A stretch of DNA of 64,000 nucleotides from the human T2T-CHM13v2.0 reference genome, Homo sapiens: NCBI RefSeq assembly GCF_009914755.1, contig NC_060932.1. The stretch is one strand, 5' to 3'. A model generated the notes under the pieces. The model saw only the letters and a list, made by a program, of their open reading frames with translations, had not been told where the DNA came from and did not search any database. The position numbers were made by a program, and so were the translations under genes. This document shows, one piece after another, positions 41,517-55,627 of the stretch (positions within the stretch are counted from its first letter, which is position 1; the number at the start of each line of letters is the position of its first letter).

Positions 41517-44364
41517 GCTATAAAGAGTATGGAAAGATGTAGTACTCTTTTTTGCAATAGTTTATCACCAACTTTAACCAAGAGAAGGCCCCTCATCCTG
41601 TCTAAGCCTGGCCATGGACCATAGTGGGAACAAAGGAACTCAGGGTTAGGAATGTCTGCCTGAGCCCCAGGAAGTTGCTTTGAAATTCTAAGCTTGTGGC
41701 TTGTAATATATGTTTGTCCATCAAATAGTTCCATGATTTCTTCTGAACAAGATTGTTTTCATAGTTTTAAAAGATGTGTTTGTAGAGAATTTTAAACATA
41801 GAAAAGATGAAAAAAATATTGGTGGGTGGAGAGCCTCATTTCCATCAAAAAACTATGCTCCATGAAATAGTTCAAGGGCTTCTCATGTAAGCCATCTCAG
41901 AGAAAGGGCCTTTTCAAGTTGAAGTGGGGCATAAAGATGTCTCTGATCTTGGGCTCTGAGAAACCTCATCCTTGATGATGCTGCCTTTCTTTCTGCTTGC
42001 TGTCTCATCCCCTTGCCTACCAAACCCATACACTATACAAGATACCAGTTATATTTTTAAAAAACAAAGCTTAATGCTTAATCAACATATAATTGGGCAC
42101 CTACAATGTGGTTGTCACTTTGGGTTCTGAGCATGTTTCTCCTCTCCTTGAAAATCTCTCTTGATTTCCCTTTGCTCCAGATTAAGTTCACATTTCCCTT
42201 CCAGCTACAGCTCTCACCACATCAGACACAGTGTGTAGGGACACCCTGTTTCTGCCACTAACATTCCATGCCTTCCATACCTCTGTGCCTTTGTTCACAT
42301 AGCTTCCTTTGCCCGAAACATGCTTCTTCCTACTCCATGTCTAGAAATTTCATCTTATCCCTCAAAGCTTAGCTCCCATTTCCATCTTCTGTGATGCTTT
42401 TCTACTCGGGCTCTGTTAGTTAGTTTCTGCAGGAACCCATAGCTCATAGTTCTGCTGTGGCACCTGAACTGTGATCATCTGCTTATTTGTATTTCTCTCT
42501 CTACTTCAGTAGGACATTAAGTCTTGTATCTTACTCATCTCTCAATATTTGGCACATAAGAGATAACAAAATTTTAATAATATGCTGTATGCAATACATA
42601 CATAAGTTATAAATTTTTATCAGTTAAAAAATAATCAGAGGAAAATAAATTCTGGGAGAATGAATAAATGAGGAATGAAAGCTAGTCAAAATGGTTGAGT
42701 ATGCTTCTTCTTGGAGTCTTGACTGACACATGGAATGAAATCTTTGTGGTACCATTTTGAAGGGAGGTCTTAATGATTTCTCAAACATCTCTTCCAACTT
42801 CTCCCTGATTCTTTTCTCACTGGTGGGAGAACCTCTTTTCCCTTAGTGGGGAACAATGACCTTCATTTTGCAAGTAGGAAGAAGATTTAATGCACAGTTA
42901 CCCTTGGGCAAGGTCACAGACCAACTGCTGCTCACCTTGAATGGTCCTTTAATTAATACTAGAGCTTTTTCTGAAAGCAGACTTTGGTGGGTGATGGAGA
43001 AAGAATTGGAGTGGGGCCTCAGAGTCCAGAATGCTTGATGAGCTTGGGGAACACAACATAGAAAAGGATACTGGGGATTTCAGGATGGTGTCATTATCCA
43101 CTCTAGAAGCTCTTTTGCAACACTCTGAGATTACTGTGGGAGGCGTTTCCTTAGTGCCCATTGCTGGTATGTGTTGACTTGCCTTAGTAATACCAACTCT
43201 GCTACCTTCTATTTACACAATATCGGATAAAGTATTTAACCCCCCGAGTCTCATTTATAAATAGGGATTATAATACATAGCTCAGAAATTAGTTGTAAGG
43301 ATTAAATAGGGATCATGTATGTAAAAATGATATTGCTCTTTGCAAATGGAACAGATTAGTACGCTATTTTGTGTGTTTTTTTTTCTAGTAACTAGTGCCA
43401 TGCCTGGCATCTGCTGGGCATATTTTTTTGAATGTTACATATTGCACAAATATGCATATGCAGTGTACAACTTGTGACCATGGTTGGAATCCCTGCAAGC
43501 CTGTTTCAGGGTTAAATCAGGAAAAGAGTTTAGAAGCAGAATACCTGAGAAAGCTTTCCTTCACCTAGTGAGTATAATATATTCCATACTTTCTGATAAT
43601 CAGACTGAACCCAGCTCACCTCCTTTTTCACTTTTGTCCATTAGTGTACACCTTATTTTTTTCTAGAATCCTCGATGGCAATTCTTTCAGGGCTTCTACC
43701 TGATGACTGTATAAACTAGAATGAACCAGGGCCAAGGAAGTCTTCTTGGGGCGCAGTTGTCCAGCAACTGTTTTCATCAGCCTTGGGAGATGGGCCATGT
43801 TGGGGGTCTTACCACATAGGAGATTCCCATGACCTGAGTCTATGCATGCTCTTATAATTACTTTCTTATCCAGAAGTTGCTCCACTACTCCCGATCCCAT
43901 ATTACTCATTTTTAAATGTTCCTCTGATTTTTGAGAAATCATCCTTTCCAGAGCTACAGGGGGAGGAAGGGGTTGAGTTTAGGGATGAAGAACTAGTATT
44001 CAGGGATAACAAGGGGAGGGAGATAAGGTCAGAGCCCATCCTTCTGCATGAGCCCTTGGGCACCACAGAAAGGATCCTGCAATGAAACCAGCCACATCAT
44101 CTTGGGCATGTGCCATTCTGCCCCACCCTCCTGCTGGTCAGTGGCCTCTCACATCCAGTCTCTTCTAAATATGCCTCAGGTAATGGTAACTAGCAGAACC
44201 ACACACTGTAGCTAGCTAGTCACATTGAGAATATTCCTTTTGGAAAAAGGGGCTCTGGAAAATAGGAAATGCAGAGTGGCAGATGTTAGAGTATTAGAGT
44301 ATGTCAGATTTTGGGTGCTCTCTTTCCCTAGCTGAACAGTGGGTAGATTTGGTTGGTGCCCTGG

Positions 44365-46383
44365 CATGATGGGTGATTTTATGTGTCAATTTGACTGGAC
44401 CATAGAGTGCCCAGATATTTGGTCAGACATTATTCTGGGTATATCTGTGAGGGTGTTTTTGAATGAGATTGACATTTAAATTGGAGGACTCTGAGTAAAA
44501 GATATTGCCCTTCCCGATATGGGTGGGCCACATCCAATCAATCAGTTGATGGCCTGAATAGAATAAAAAGGCTGTATTCCTCTCTGCCTGACTGCTTTTG
44601 AACTTGGGCACTGGCTTTTTTCCTGTCCTTAGACTTGAACTGAAAGACCAGCTCTTCCTGGGTATTGAGCCTGTTGGCCTTCAGACTAGAACCACACCGT
44701 CAGCTCTCTGGGATCCTGGGCATTGAGACTCAGAATAGAACTAAACCATTGGCTCTCCCAAGTCTCCAGTTTGCTGACTGTAGATCTTGAAACTTTCCAG
44801 GCTCCACAGTTTTGTAAGCAAATTCTTAACAATAAATCTCTCTCTCTCCCCACCCCACCTCTGTATGTGTGTGTATGTGTGTGTGTGTACATATACACAT
44901 ACATATAATATATACATATATATGTGTGTATGTATATATATGTGTGTATGTATATATGTGTGTGTGTTATGTGTATATACACATACATATACACATACAT
45001 ATGTGTATATATGTATGTATGTATGTATATATGTGTGTATTATGTGTATGTGTATATATGTATGTGTATATGTGTATATATGTATATGTGTGTATATATA
45101 CATGTGTATATGTGTGTGTATGTACACACACACGTACATACATATGTGTATATATGTATATATGTATGTATATATGTGTGAATATATATACACATATATG
45201 TGTATATAGGTACACATAACACACATATATATACATACACACATATGTATATATGTATGTGTATATATACATATATGTGTATATATGTATACATTTATAT
45301 ATTATATATGTGTATATATGTATACATTTATATATTATATATGTGTATATATGTATACATTTATATATTATATATGTGTATATATGTATACATTTATATA
45401 TTATATGTGTGTAGATATGTATATATTATATGTATGTGTATATACACATATATGTGTATATATGTATATACGTATATACACATATATGCGTATATATGTA
45501 TATACGTATATATGTATATACGTATACATACATATATGTGTATATACGTATACATACATATATGTGTATATGTGTATATACGTATACATACATATATGTG
45601 TATATGTGTATATACGTATACATACATATATGTGTATATGTGTATATACGTATACATACATATATGTGTATATGTGTATATACGTATACATACATATATG
45701 TGTATATGTGTATATACGTATACATACATATATGTGTATATGTGTATATACGTATACATACATATATGTGTATATGTGTATATACGTATACATACATATA
45801 TGTGTATATGTGTATATACGTATACATACATATATGTGTATATGTGTATATACGTATACATACATATATGTGTATATGTGTATATACGTATACATACATA
45901 TATGTGTATATGTGTATATACGTATACATACATATATGTGTATATGTGTATATACGTATACATACATATATGTGTATATGTGTATATACGTATACATACA
46001 TATATGTGTATATGTGTATATACGTATACATACATATATGTGTATATGTGTATATACGTATACATACATATATGTGTATATGTGTATATACGTATACATA
46101 CATATATGTGTATATGTGTATATACGTATACATACATATATGTGTATATGTGTATATACGTATACATACATATATGTGTATATGTGTATATACGTATACA
46201 TACATATATGTGTATATGTGTATATACGTATACATACATATATGTGTATATGTGTATATATGTATATATATGCATATATATGTGTGTATATATGTGTATG
46301 TGTGTATACATATGTGTGTGTGTATATATATGTCTCCTGTTGCTTCTGTTTCTCTGGAGAACCTGAGAACCTTCACTAATACA
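44365..46383 (+). mobile_element. MLT2 (ERVL) LTR split by a 1.5-kb TA/TG/CA expansion
   Basis: 5' part TGATGGGTGATTTTATGTGTCAATTTGACTGG...AATAAATCTCTC. The 3' end TTCTGTTTCTCTGGAGAACC...CTAATACA resumes near 46335 and matches the intact MLT2 at 39220-39643. Confidence 0.85.
45543..46256. repeat. Minisatellite: 21 copies of the 34-bp unit TATACGTATACATACATATATGTGTATATGTGTA
   Basis: Period of 34 confirmed at unit starts 45543, 45611, 45781 and 46223. Embedded in the low-complexity tract 44862-46333, with four copies of a 33-bp unit near 45275-45405. Confidence 0.93.
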
Positions 46384-47121
46384 CCTAGTCTCTCTGCATA
46401 ACACTGGGCTCTACCTAAGCTCTGGTGATGAATCAGCGTGATTGATAAACATATAAAGCTCACAGAGAGGTTATTCAACCAGCTCATGTGGCCCTGTTTG
46501 GTGCCTGGTTACTGATTGCTGTTTTGTTTCCTGTTTGGCAGGATCCGAATTTCTAGTACTGATCTGGGGCCAGATCCTGCTATGTCCACCTTTCCTAGAG
46601 GGAATTTTTCTAGACTATTAGGGAATCCAGGGTCTCTGACAAAAGGGGTAGAGAGGATCTCTGCCTAATGGACCTGGAAGGTGGCATATTATAAGGATAA
46701 AATTGATAGAATATTGGGGATTGAAGGGGGCCAGTACAATTTAGTAGCATAACAGGAAGCATAATACAAAATTGATTTTCTGAAGTGCAGTTTTTGCTCT
46801 GGTTACGTGTCTTGGTGTGTGTTCCTTAAACAACAATGAAATGTTGTTTTTGGTATTTTTGAGTGTGAGAGGTTAAGAAATTCTTCCCAACTGTGAATGG
46901 GATGGGAGTATGTGGGGACTCATGTGAACTCTGAGTGCCATTTTATTGAATCATGAGTGCCATTTTATTGAATCATGAGGGCAAATGTCTAGAACGAGCT
47001 TAGGGCCGAATGTGAGTCAGTGAAATAACTCATAATTCTATTTCTACTTTTAACTCAGGAGGTGACCTTGGGCAAGTCATTTAATTGCTCTTGGCCTCCT
47101 ATGTCCTCTTGCTTCTTGAAA

Positions 47122-47260
47122 AGTGGTCTTCAAGCCAGCAGTCATAGCATCACTTAGATGCTAGTTAGAAATTTAGACGTTCACACCCTGCCCCAGAACT
47201 GCTGAATCAGAATCTTCATTTTAACAAGATCACCACGTGATCAATTTTGACAAGCACTAT
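47122..47260. mobile_element. MER5A-like hAT DNA transposon
   Basis: AGCATCACTTAGATGCTAGTTAGAAAT...CTGAATCAGAATCTTCATTTTAACAAGATC. Confidence 0.7.
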
Positions 47261-50200
47261 TATGGAGGAAAAAGAGCACAATGTTTTGGGATTATTTAGA
47301 AATGACCGTTTTCTTGATCTGTACACTCCTATATGACTTTGGATGTGTCAGTGAAACTCTCTGAGCCTCAACTTCCCTATTTGAAAACAAGGGTGAAAAT
47401 AGCTGCCTTACAACCTGATGGACTTTTCATGAGGATGAAATTAAAATCTCATATGCATGTATTGAGTGACTTGCATGTGCCTGGTCCCATCTAAACACTA
47501 CAGGGTACAGAGATGACTCAGACATAGTACTTATGCTCAGGAATTCGGCCTCTAGTAGAATGGGAAAATATGTGTGACAGCACTTTGTAAATGCAAAGGG
47601 CTACCTAAATGTTAGCTATTCTAAGTATTAATGGGGATGATAATACTTGCCCTACTTATTCTGAATGGCTATCATTAAGCTCAAGTGAGATAAAGCATGT
47701 CAAAGTCATCCGAAAAGTTGAAAAGTACTGACGTAAGAACTTATTATTAGTAGTATTATCGCCATCACTGAGTGAATGATCATTAATTTTAGTAGGCAAA
47801 AACCTAGATTTAATTATATTTACTCAGGCAGCAGAGGATGCTGGAGTTTAAATACCAAACTTAGAACTCTCAAGTTGAACACACAAGGAGACTCTCACTT
47901 ACTTTTGGTTCTGCAGGGGAACTACATCGACAATTAAGAGTCTGTTAATACTTCTGCTATTTCAGAATATCTGATCCTAGAAGCAGGGATTTCTTCAGAG
48001 TTTACTGGCGACCCACTGAAATGCATCCATCTGTGAGGTGGAATGTTCTATCTGATGGGCAGCCTGACAATAGCACTACCCTGACGATTAGGATGTGGTC
48101 AGGTGGAAAAAACACAGTTGGCTTATGCTTTGCGAGGTCCTCTATCTGGGTGTCTGTTCAGGGGCAGTCTTGCTCTGTGCATGACTGTCCACAGAGCCCA
48201 TGGCATTGTGCTGAAACCCTGGAAACTCAGGGCAGGCAAAGGAACTGGGAAATCAATCTAGTCTAATTCTCAAATTTGCAGACACTGTGGCCCAGATCAT
48301 CAAAATGTTGTCTGTGGCTGGCTCCGGATCACACTTGAAGATGATAGAAAAGTTGGGACTTGACAACTTAGTTCTCCTGGCTCCCAGTACAGTGCCTTCT
48401 CCTTATAGCTTCATGCATTGAGGATGCTTTTGTGCTTTGAGTCATGTACCTGCAAGGAGACAGTGCACGCTGCAGTTTTGATCTGGTCGTGTCTACCCTT
48501 TGCTTTGTTCTTGACAGTGTAGATGCAGTCTGGGATCTTCTTCCTCACTTCCTCACGGTTGCTCTTCTCTCCTGACACTGCCTGTGATGTGGTCAGTGCA
48601 AATTTTAATGAGGCAGCAGCAAAAGGGCAAGATTAACATTTCCCTCCCTGACAGTCCTCATGCATGTTGTTTATTCTTTTATTACATGTTTATCTTAGTC
48701 TTCCTTGACTTTGAGTTAACATATATGTGTTTACTTTTCCCTCTAGATTATAAGGCTCTGGAGCTCTGGAGGCGGCAGCTCCATGGTTGAAATCCAGCTT
48801 TGTCACTGCATAGATCATTCTGTGATCTTGGGCAAGTCACATTGTCATTTTGAACTTTTTTTTTTTAGCCTGTAAATTGAGATACGATCATACCTACTCT
48901 ATAGATGGTGAAAACTAAAGAATACATGTGATGCCACTGATGCATTGTAGTTACTGTCTCTGCTGCTCTCAGATGTGGGCCTGAAGGGACAAAATCTGAT
49001 TAACCATAGCCACCTTCCTCACCTTTCCATGCTATATGGGGATCCAAATGCACTCTCAGGACAAAAATGTCCTGAGCCTCTCAAGTGAACTTCCAGACAT
49101 TTTCCTAAGAAAGGAGCTTTAAATCACTCATGAGGTCTCTTATTCTAACTACTGGTCTTTTCCAGGAAGGTTGGGTCACAGACCGTTAACTACCATTTAT
49201 TTCAGCCTTTGGTTATTGTTTTTTAGCTCTGATGTCTGGCATTCTCTTACTTCTAAGCTCATTCCCATTTTGTTTTGAAGGATGGTGATGATTCTTTCAG
49301 GATACAAATATTACCTGCTTCCCTATGCATGAGTTAACGTGTACTGAATTGAGAACAGGTAGATGCTACCATGCCTCTGGGCCTTGGCTCCTTATTTGTG
49401 GCACATTTACTGTCTTAACTTCTTCCTGTTCTGAAGCTCACAGCCGGAAGTGACCTCTTCCTCCTTTGATTCTGTGACCTCAAGGGCAGGCCAGCCTTGG
49501 ACTGCTCCAGGCCCCGTGAAGCACTTTATATCCAGAAGAAACAATACAGAGTTGCTTGATTCCTGCTTCTTGAACTTGATGCTCCTCTTTTAATTAAAAG
49601 GAGATGTTTCCCTCTCACAGAATGTATTGGAATTCCTCCGAGAGAGTGTCTCAGCTCCTTGCCTAGAAAAATGTCTTGTTAGTCTATTAGGTGTAGAAAT
49701 TGAGCCTCTAGGGCTTGGTGCCGAGGTTTCTGAAGGAGAAAGCTTCTTCACATAAGAGAGAAAAGAATATTTGGAGCTGGGGAATTGGGGTATTCAGGAG
49801 AAAGGTGGCGAGGATCTGGGAGAGAAGGACAGAGCAGACAGGGGTGAACATGATGGCAGAATGCCACGCTCTTGATGTTATGACCTCTACCCTGATCCTC
49901 AAGTAATCTGAGAAGATGGGTGTGATGGGCTCTGCTGTGGATGTGGAAGAAAGGCTGATTCTGCCTTGTGAGTGGGTAGAAGGCAGATCTGGAGACTGGA
50001 CATCTCTGTGATTTTACAGGAACTTGAAGGAGGAGCATGGATGGGAAACAAACTTTGAACTTCCCCAGACCTTGGAAATGGAGGTCTGATGTAATGTGTG
50101 GGGGGCGCAGCAATTCAAGGAAGTTAAGTCAAGAATGCAAGGAGCAGAAGGCCCCCAGCTGACCTCTGGGTTATACTCACATTGAGCCTGGCACAAAGTC

Positions 50201-50949
50201 AGGCATTTAAAATGATATCCTGCCAGGTTTTTTTTTTGTTTGTTTCCTTAGAAAAGGATATGGCAAACTTTCAAGGGGAAACTGTTGATACCAGAAGGCC
50301 ACTTTGGGTCACCTCATCCAAGAGTCTGTGCAAACTCCCATGATGCCCAGGGACTAGGTTGGTTTTAGAGTCTGCTGCCACTGCCATTCTCCCGACTGCC
50401 TTCTCTCTAGATAGATATGGGTGGCAGTGACCACAGGATACCAGGCATTTGGGGAATCTTAATCCTGCTATGTTTTAAGTAACTATTACTGGCTGTGAAC
50501 ACCACCACCTCCTCTTCCACTGAGAGTCATGGAGCCAGGCTGGCAGTCGATCTTGTGAAACTGAAAAGGGGCCACTAGTGCACAGAGGCCATGCTCAGTG
50601 GCCCTATCACCACTGTCAGGAAGAGGAGACAACCAACCAAACCCATGAGATCTTTCAAGAATGAACAGATGAAGGTTTCTGAGAAGTTTCCCAAATTATT
50701 ACTTTGAAAGAGCGCCTCCGCAGTCTTTCCTGTGTTTGCTGTGAGACAGCAGCTGTGTAGCTGTCAGCAATTGCTGCAGAGATGCAAGATTGTAAGAGGT
50801 GGATCAATATTTTTTTTCAATATGACTTACCCACAGCTGTTCACATATTTGGTTTCTTTGAACAGTCTTTCCACTGAACTTAACCAGGGCAGGAGTTTCT
50901 TGAATCATAATATGACATGCAGAAAAATTAACAGTAAAAATTTTAAATT

Positions 50950-52130
50950 TAAAACTATTTAAGTGACCTTAAATAGTTAATAGGTTAACAGAGAAATCAA
51001 AACTGCAATAATAGACTCATTAGAAAATAACCAACAATGAGAATACACATATCAAACTTATGCCAATGTTGTTCTTGAGAAATGTCACTGCTCTGAATAT
51101 TTTCAGAAATAAACAATAAAAATGAAGGAGAATTAAATGGAGAAATGCAAGCAGCCAGGAAAAAAAAAACAAAAATAAAAAAACAAAAACTAAAGAAAGC
51201 AAGAAGAAATTTTTGAAGGTTGATATTAGATGCCTAAAGGTAATAGAATGCATTAATAAATCCAATAACAATTTGTTTTGTTTTATTTTATTATTTTTTT
51301 GAGATGGAGTCTTAATTTGTTACCCAGGCTGGAGTGCAGTGGTGCAATCTCAGCTCACTGTAGCCTCCACCTCCAAGCTTCAAGTGATTCTCCTACCTCA
51401 CCCTCCCGAGCAGCTGGGTCTACAAGCAGCCACCACCATGCTCAGCTAAATGTTTATATTTTTAGTAGAGACAGGGTCTCATTATGTTGGCCAAGCTGCT
51501 CTTAAACTCCTGACTTCAAATGATCCACCCGCCTCAGCCTCCCAAAGTCAATAGGTATTTATTTTTAATATAATAAGATAGGCCAAACTCTGGCAAATAT
51601 AAATCACAAATGTAGTGAAAATGCAAATATTTAATATTAGAAGTAAGAAAGAAAATGTACCTTAGAGAAAGAGGTGATTTAAGGAGCAAAACAGTATTAT
51701 GGGCAACTGTATGCCAGTAATCCTTAGAATACTATGTAAATAAATAATTTTCTTATACATATAAATCACCAACTTGACTGAAGAAGTACAAAACCGAAAC
51801 AGAAGAGTAGCCATGAAAAAATTGAAAAACAAAAAAAAAAGTTTAGAGGATTACTTCAAAAAAAGGTCCTGGTATATACGGTTTTATGCTTTTCTTCTTT
51901 AAAACTTTTAAGAAACCTAGCAATCATAAAAGAAAAATCAACAGATTTGGTTACATAAAACTTAAAACAATATATTATGGTAAAAGATATCAAAAAATTT
52001 TGAAAGAAGATGATGGAGAGAGGAAATATGTGCAAATATATATAAAAAGGCTAATATTCCTTGCATGCCAAGAACTTAGAGATTGACAAGAAAATTGTCT
52101 AATAAAATAGAATTTATTATATTTATTACA
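50950..52130 (+). mobile_element. Degenerate L1M ORF2-derived fragments interrupted by an Alu
   Basis: A-rich sense L1 motifs such as AAAGAAAGCAAGAAGAAA, TATTATGGGCAACTGTATGCCA and AAAATCAACAGATTTGGTTACATAAAA. Confidence 0.6.
51275..51548 (-). mobile_element. Alu, 5'-truncated
   Basis: Antisense Alu body ending at CTCCCAAAGT. Confidence 0.9.
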
Positions 52131-52150
52131 GAAACAAATTTATCACATGC

Positions 52151-52826
52151 TTTTTTAAAACTGTTAATGGTACATAAGCAGGTTTGTTATATAGGTAAAC
52201 TCATGTCACGGGGATTTGTTGTACAGATTATTTCATCACCCAGGTATTAAGCCTAGTACCCACAGTTATTATTCCTATCCTCTCCTTCCTCCCATGCTCC
52301 ACCCTCCAGTAGGCTCCAGTGTCTGTTGTTCCCTTTTTTGTGTCCCCGTGTTCTCATCATTTAGCTCTCACTTATAAGTGAGAACGTGCGGTATTTGGTT
52401 TTCTGTTTCTGCATTAGTTTGCTAAGAATGATGGCCTCCAGCCTCATCCATGTTCCTTCAGAGGATGTGATCTCGTTCTTTTTGTCGCTGCATAGAATTC
52501 CATGGTGCAAGTATACTACATTTTTTTATCCATGTTACCTTTGACAGGCATTTAAGTTGATTCCGTGCCTTTGCTATTATGAATAATGCTGTCATGAACA
52601 TACTCATGCGTATGTCTTTATAATAGAACAATGTACATCCCTTTGGGATTGCTGGCTCAAATGGTATTTCTGTTTCTGTGTCTTTGAGGAATTGCCACAC
52701 TGCTTTCCACAATGGTTGAACTAATTTACACTCCCACCAACAGTGTATAAGCATTCCTTTTTCTCTGCAACCTCACCAGCACCTGTTATTTTTTGACTTT
52801 TTAGTAATAGCCATTCTGACTGGTGT
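52151..52826 (-). mobile_element. 5'-truncated primate L1 (L1PA/PB type) 3' end
   Basis: Minus-strand translation HCWWECKLVQPLWKAVWQFLKD matches the L1 ORF2 C-terminus. Flanking duplication TATCACAT at 52141-48 and 52826-33. Confidence 0.9.
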
Positions 52827-52939
52827 ATCACATAAATTATATTGCCTTATAATACCAAGCCTTCTAGAAACAATTGACATGTTCAGTATAGGGGGATGAT
52901 TATACAAATTATAAAAGTAGTAATAATTTCTCAGGCCCA

Positions 52940-53520
52940 AATCTTTTCTGTTTTCACGCATACTCCATATCCAATTCATCTATAAATTCTGTTTGCTGTC
53001 CCTTAAAAATGATTTCAAATCTGAACATACTTCTTCACTTACACAGCTACTCTGTGGTCCAAATCCCAGCCCTCTCTGGCCTAACACTGGAGAGTTTCTC
53101 ACCTGCTCTCCTTGCTTTCACTCTACTCCTCCTGTTGTCTCTTATGTGCACAGGTGCCACACCGGGAATTGAAAATGCAAAATAGGTACCACCATCTTGC
53201 TCAAAACTCTCCAGTGTCCGTCTTCTTATTGCACTTAACATGATACCTGAAGTTCTGACCAAGGCTTACAGGATGTTACTTGATCTGAGACTTGGCCATT
53301 GCTCCAACCTCATTTCCTACTGTTCTCCCCTTTCTGGCTTCTCTACCAACACTGGCTTCTTGTTGTTCTTTGAACATGTGTACGAATCTTTTAACTTGAT
53401 GTTCCCTCTGTTTGGGACACTTTCCCCTAAGGTTATTGACATAACTTTCTTCTTCACTTCCCTTGCATCTTGGTTCAATTTTGTCCTTCTCAGACCATCC
53501 TATTCAAAATAGCAATTCCC
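52940..53520. mobile_element. LINE-2 fragment
   Basis: Pyrimidine-rich L2 motifs such as CTCTGTGGTCCAAATCCC and TTGCTCAAAACTCTCCAGTG. Confidence 0.6.
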
Positions 53521-55448
53521 TTCTGATCCTCATTACATTGGTGACGCATTCTGAGAAAACACAAGTCCAAAATTCAAGAAAGCATTGGATTGTAGTTTAA
53601 ATCATTGCTCCCAAAGCTGGGTTGCAGTGGTATTTCTACACCAATTTAAGCGCTTTATGCAGATTGTCTCATTTAATTTTCACCACGACTCTTTTGATCA
53701 GTGTTTCCTATTTTCAGATCATGAACCTGAAGATGAGAGATGATTTCCTGTAGTGTAAGTGGAGGATCCAGGACTTGAACCGCGGCAATGGGGGTCGGCA
53801 CCAACAGGCTAAACTGCCTCCCAGGGCACTGGGCACATCTTTCCTTCTCACCCTTGCACTGTGTCACAAGGGGCAGCAGCTGTCTTTAATTTCATGTTTC
53901 ACTCTCTCAAAATTTCCCCCTTTTTTATTTTCTAAAACTCAGCCTACACTGATTAATTGCTGTCCCATGCTCTACTGCCTTTGTCCTGGGTCTCTCTCCT
54001 TCTTAGACACCTCCACTTTAAAGCAATCTGGAATCCCTGACTTCTCCAGCTCTATATTTTTGGCCAGTTTGTCATCATTTGCATAAAGAAGCTCAAAAGA
54101 CAGCCTGGGGGCATGCCACACCCTCCTACAAAGGGGCAGGAGGAGAGACACAATTCTCATCACACATTTTCAAGTTTCTAGAAGATGCCTCTGCAATACT
54201 TCAGTACGGAGCACACACTTCCTGAACTACTCCAAGTGGAAATGATTTCACCTTTCTCTGAATCTTTATAGAATGTGTTTCTGTTTCTATTGATTTGACC
54301 CTAGTATTTAACCATACAAAGCGAATGGTAGGTGTGTTGCCTTTAGCAAGTTATTCATCACTTTGTACCTTAGTTTCTTTCTCTGTAAAATGGAGAAAAT
54401 AATATCTACACTTCAAGGTCGTGGGAGGGATTAAATAACGCAAGATACCTATTAATACTTGGCATACAGTTGACAATCATTAGTCATGAGTTCATCTTGA
54501 ATCTGATTCTGAAGGCAGAATATGTATCTTTCCTCATACCTGCAGTGTTGAGTCATTGTATTAGTCCTGAGGAAGTGACTGGAAAAGAAGTCTTAATTTC
54601 ACTGCCAAAGAAATAATTGGATCAAGGTTACATAGCGTATTTAAAAAAAAAAAAAAAAAAACTCAAGCAAACAAACAAAATAAATGTGTGCATGCTTATA
54701 ACCCTCTTATGCATGATTTCCAGGTCAGACATTTCTAAATGTAGCCTTCTGTGGACACCTTTGAGCACTGAATGACAGATGGCATAGAGTGATGGACAAG
54801 GAAATGGACCCAGATAGGAAATCTGGGTTCTAACCATTCCTCCCTAGCTACGTGACCCAACTTAAGGTACTTATTTTCCTTAGGCTCAGTAGGTCTTTTT
54901 TTGTTTGTTTTTGTTTTTTTATCCTTTAAATGGGAAATACTAAAAAAAAAAAAAAAAAAGCAAAACAAAAACAAAAACAAAAACAAAAACACCCAACAAC
55001 CAAACAATAGGGATTTCTGCTTGCTTCATAGATTGGCTGTGTCAAGAAAGATAACCTACATTAAAGTATTTTGTGCATTCAAGATATGAGAGATTAGCTT
55101 AATAATTTTACTGTCTCCCTTTCAATTGAAAAACAAAATGCAGCTATAAGTAAATGTTTCCTACAATGTTGGGTTCCCAGATACATTCTGCAGATATTGA
55201 ACAGCTTCTACTCTTGTTAGGGACATGTTACTCTAGGATAACTGCTTCAGTGTGAGGATTAGGAAGGGCATGATCAACAACTGAATCTTGAACCATGGCT
55301 GACTTCCAAAGGCCATTGCTTCACCTTTGATAGGACAATGACTCAACCTCCAGGGCTGAGTGATGCCTGTTTGCCATGGAGTGATCTCTATTTTCCTCTC
55401 CATATACATCCACACATTTTTTCTGTCTCTAACTCTATATCTCTGTCT

Positions 55449-55595
55449 ATATGTGTGTGTATATATATATACACACGTATATATGTATACATATATACAC
55501 ACGTATATATGTATACATATATACACACGTATATATGTATACATATATACACACGTATATATGTATACATATATATACACACGTATATATGTATA

Positions 55596-55627
<32 letters not shown>

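Noticed and set aside
45543-46256. Regular 34-bp direct repeats resembling a CRISPR array in size
   Set aside because: Units are contiguous with no unique spacers, there are no cas genes, and the context is mammalian.
45200-46487. Long ORFs (266-388 aa) in multiple frames on both strands
   Set aside because: Alternating purine-pyrimidine repeats cannot contain stop codons. The products are Y/I/C/V/M/H/T repeats mirroring the 34-bp period.
52458-52979. L1 ORF2-like peptide
   Set aside because: Short, truncated, frameshifted remnant that is not an active element.
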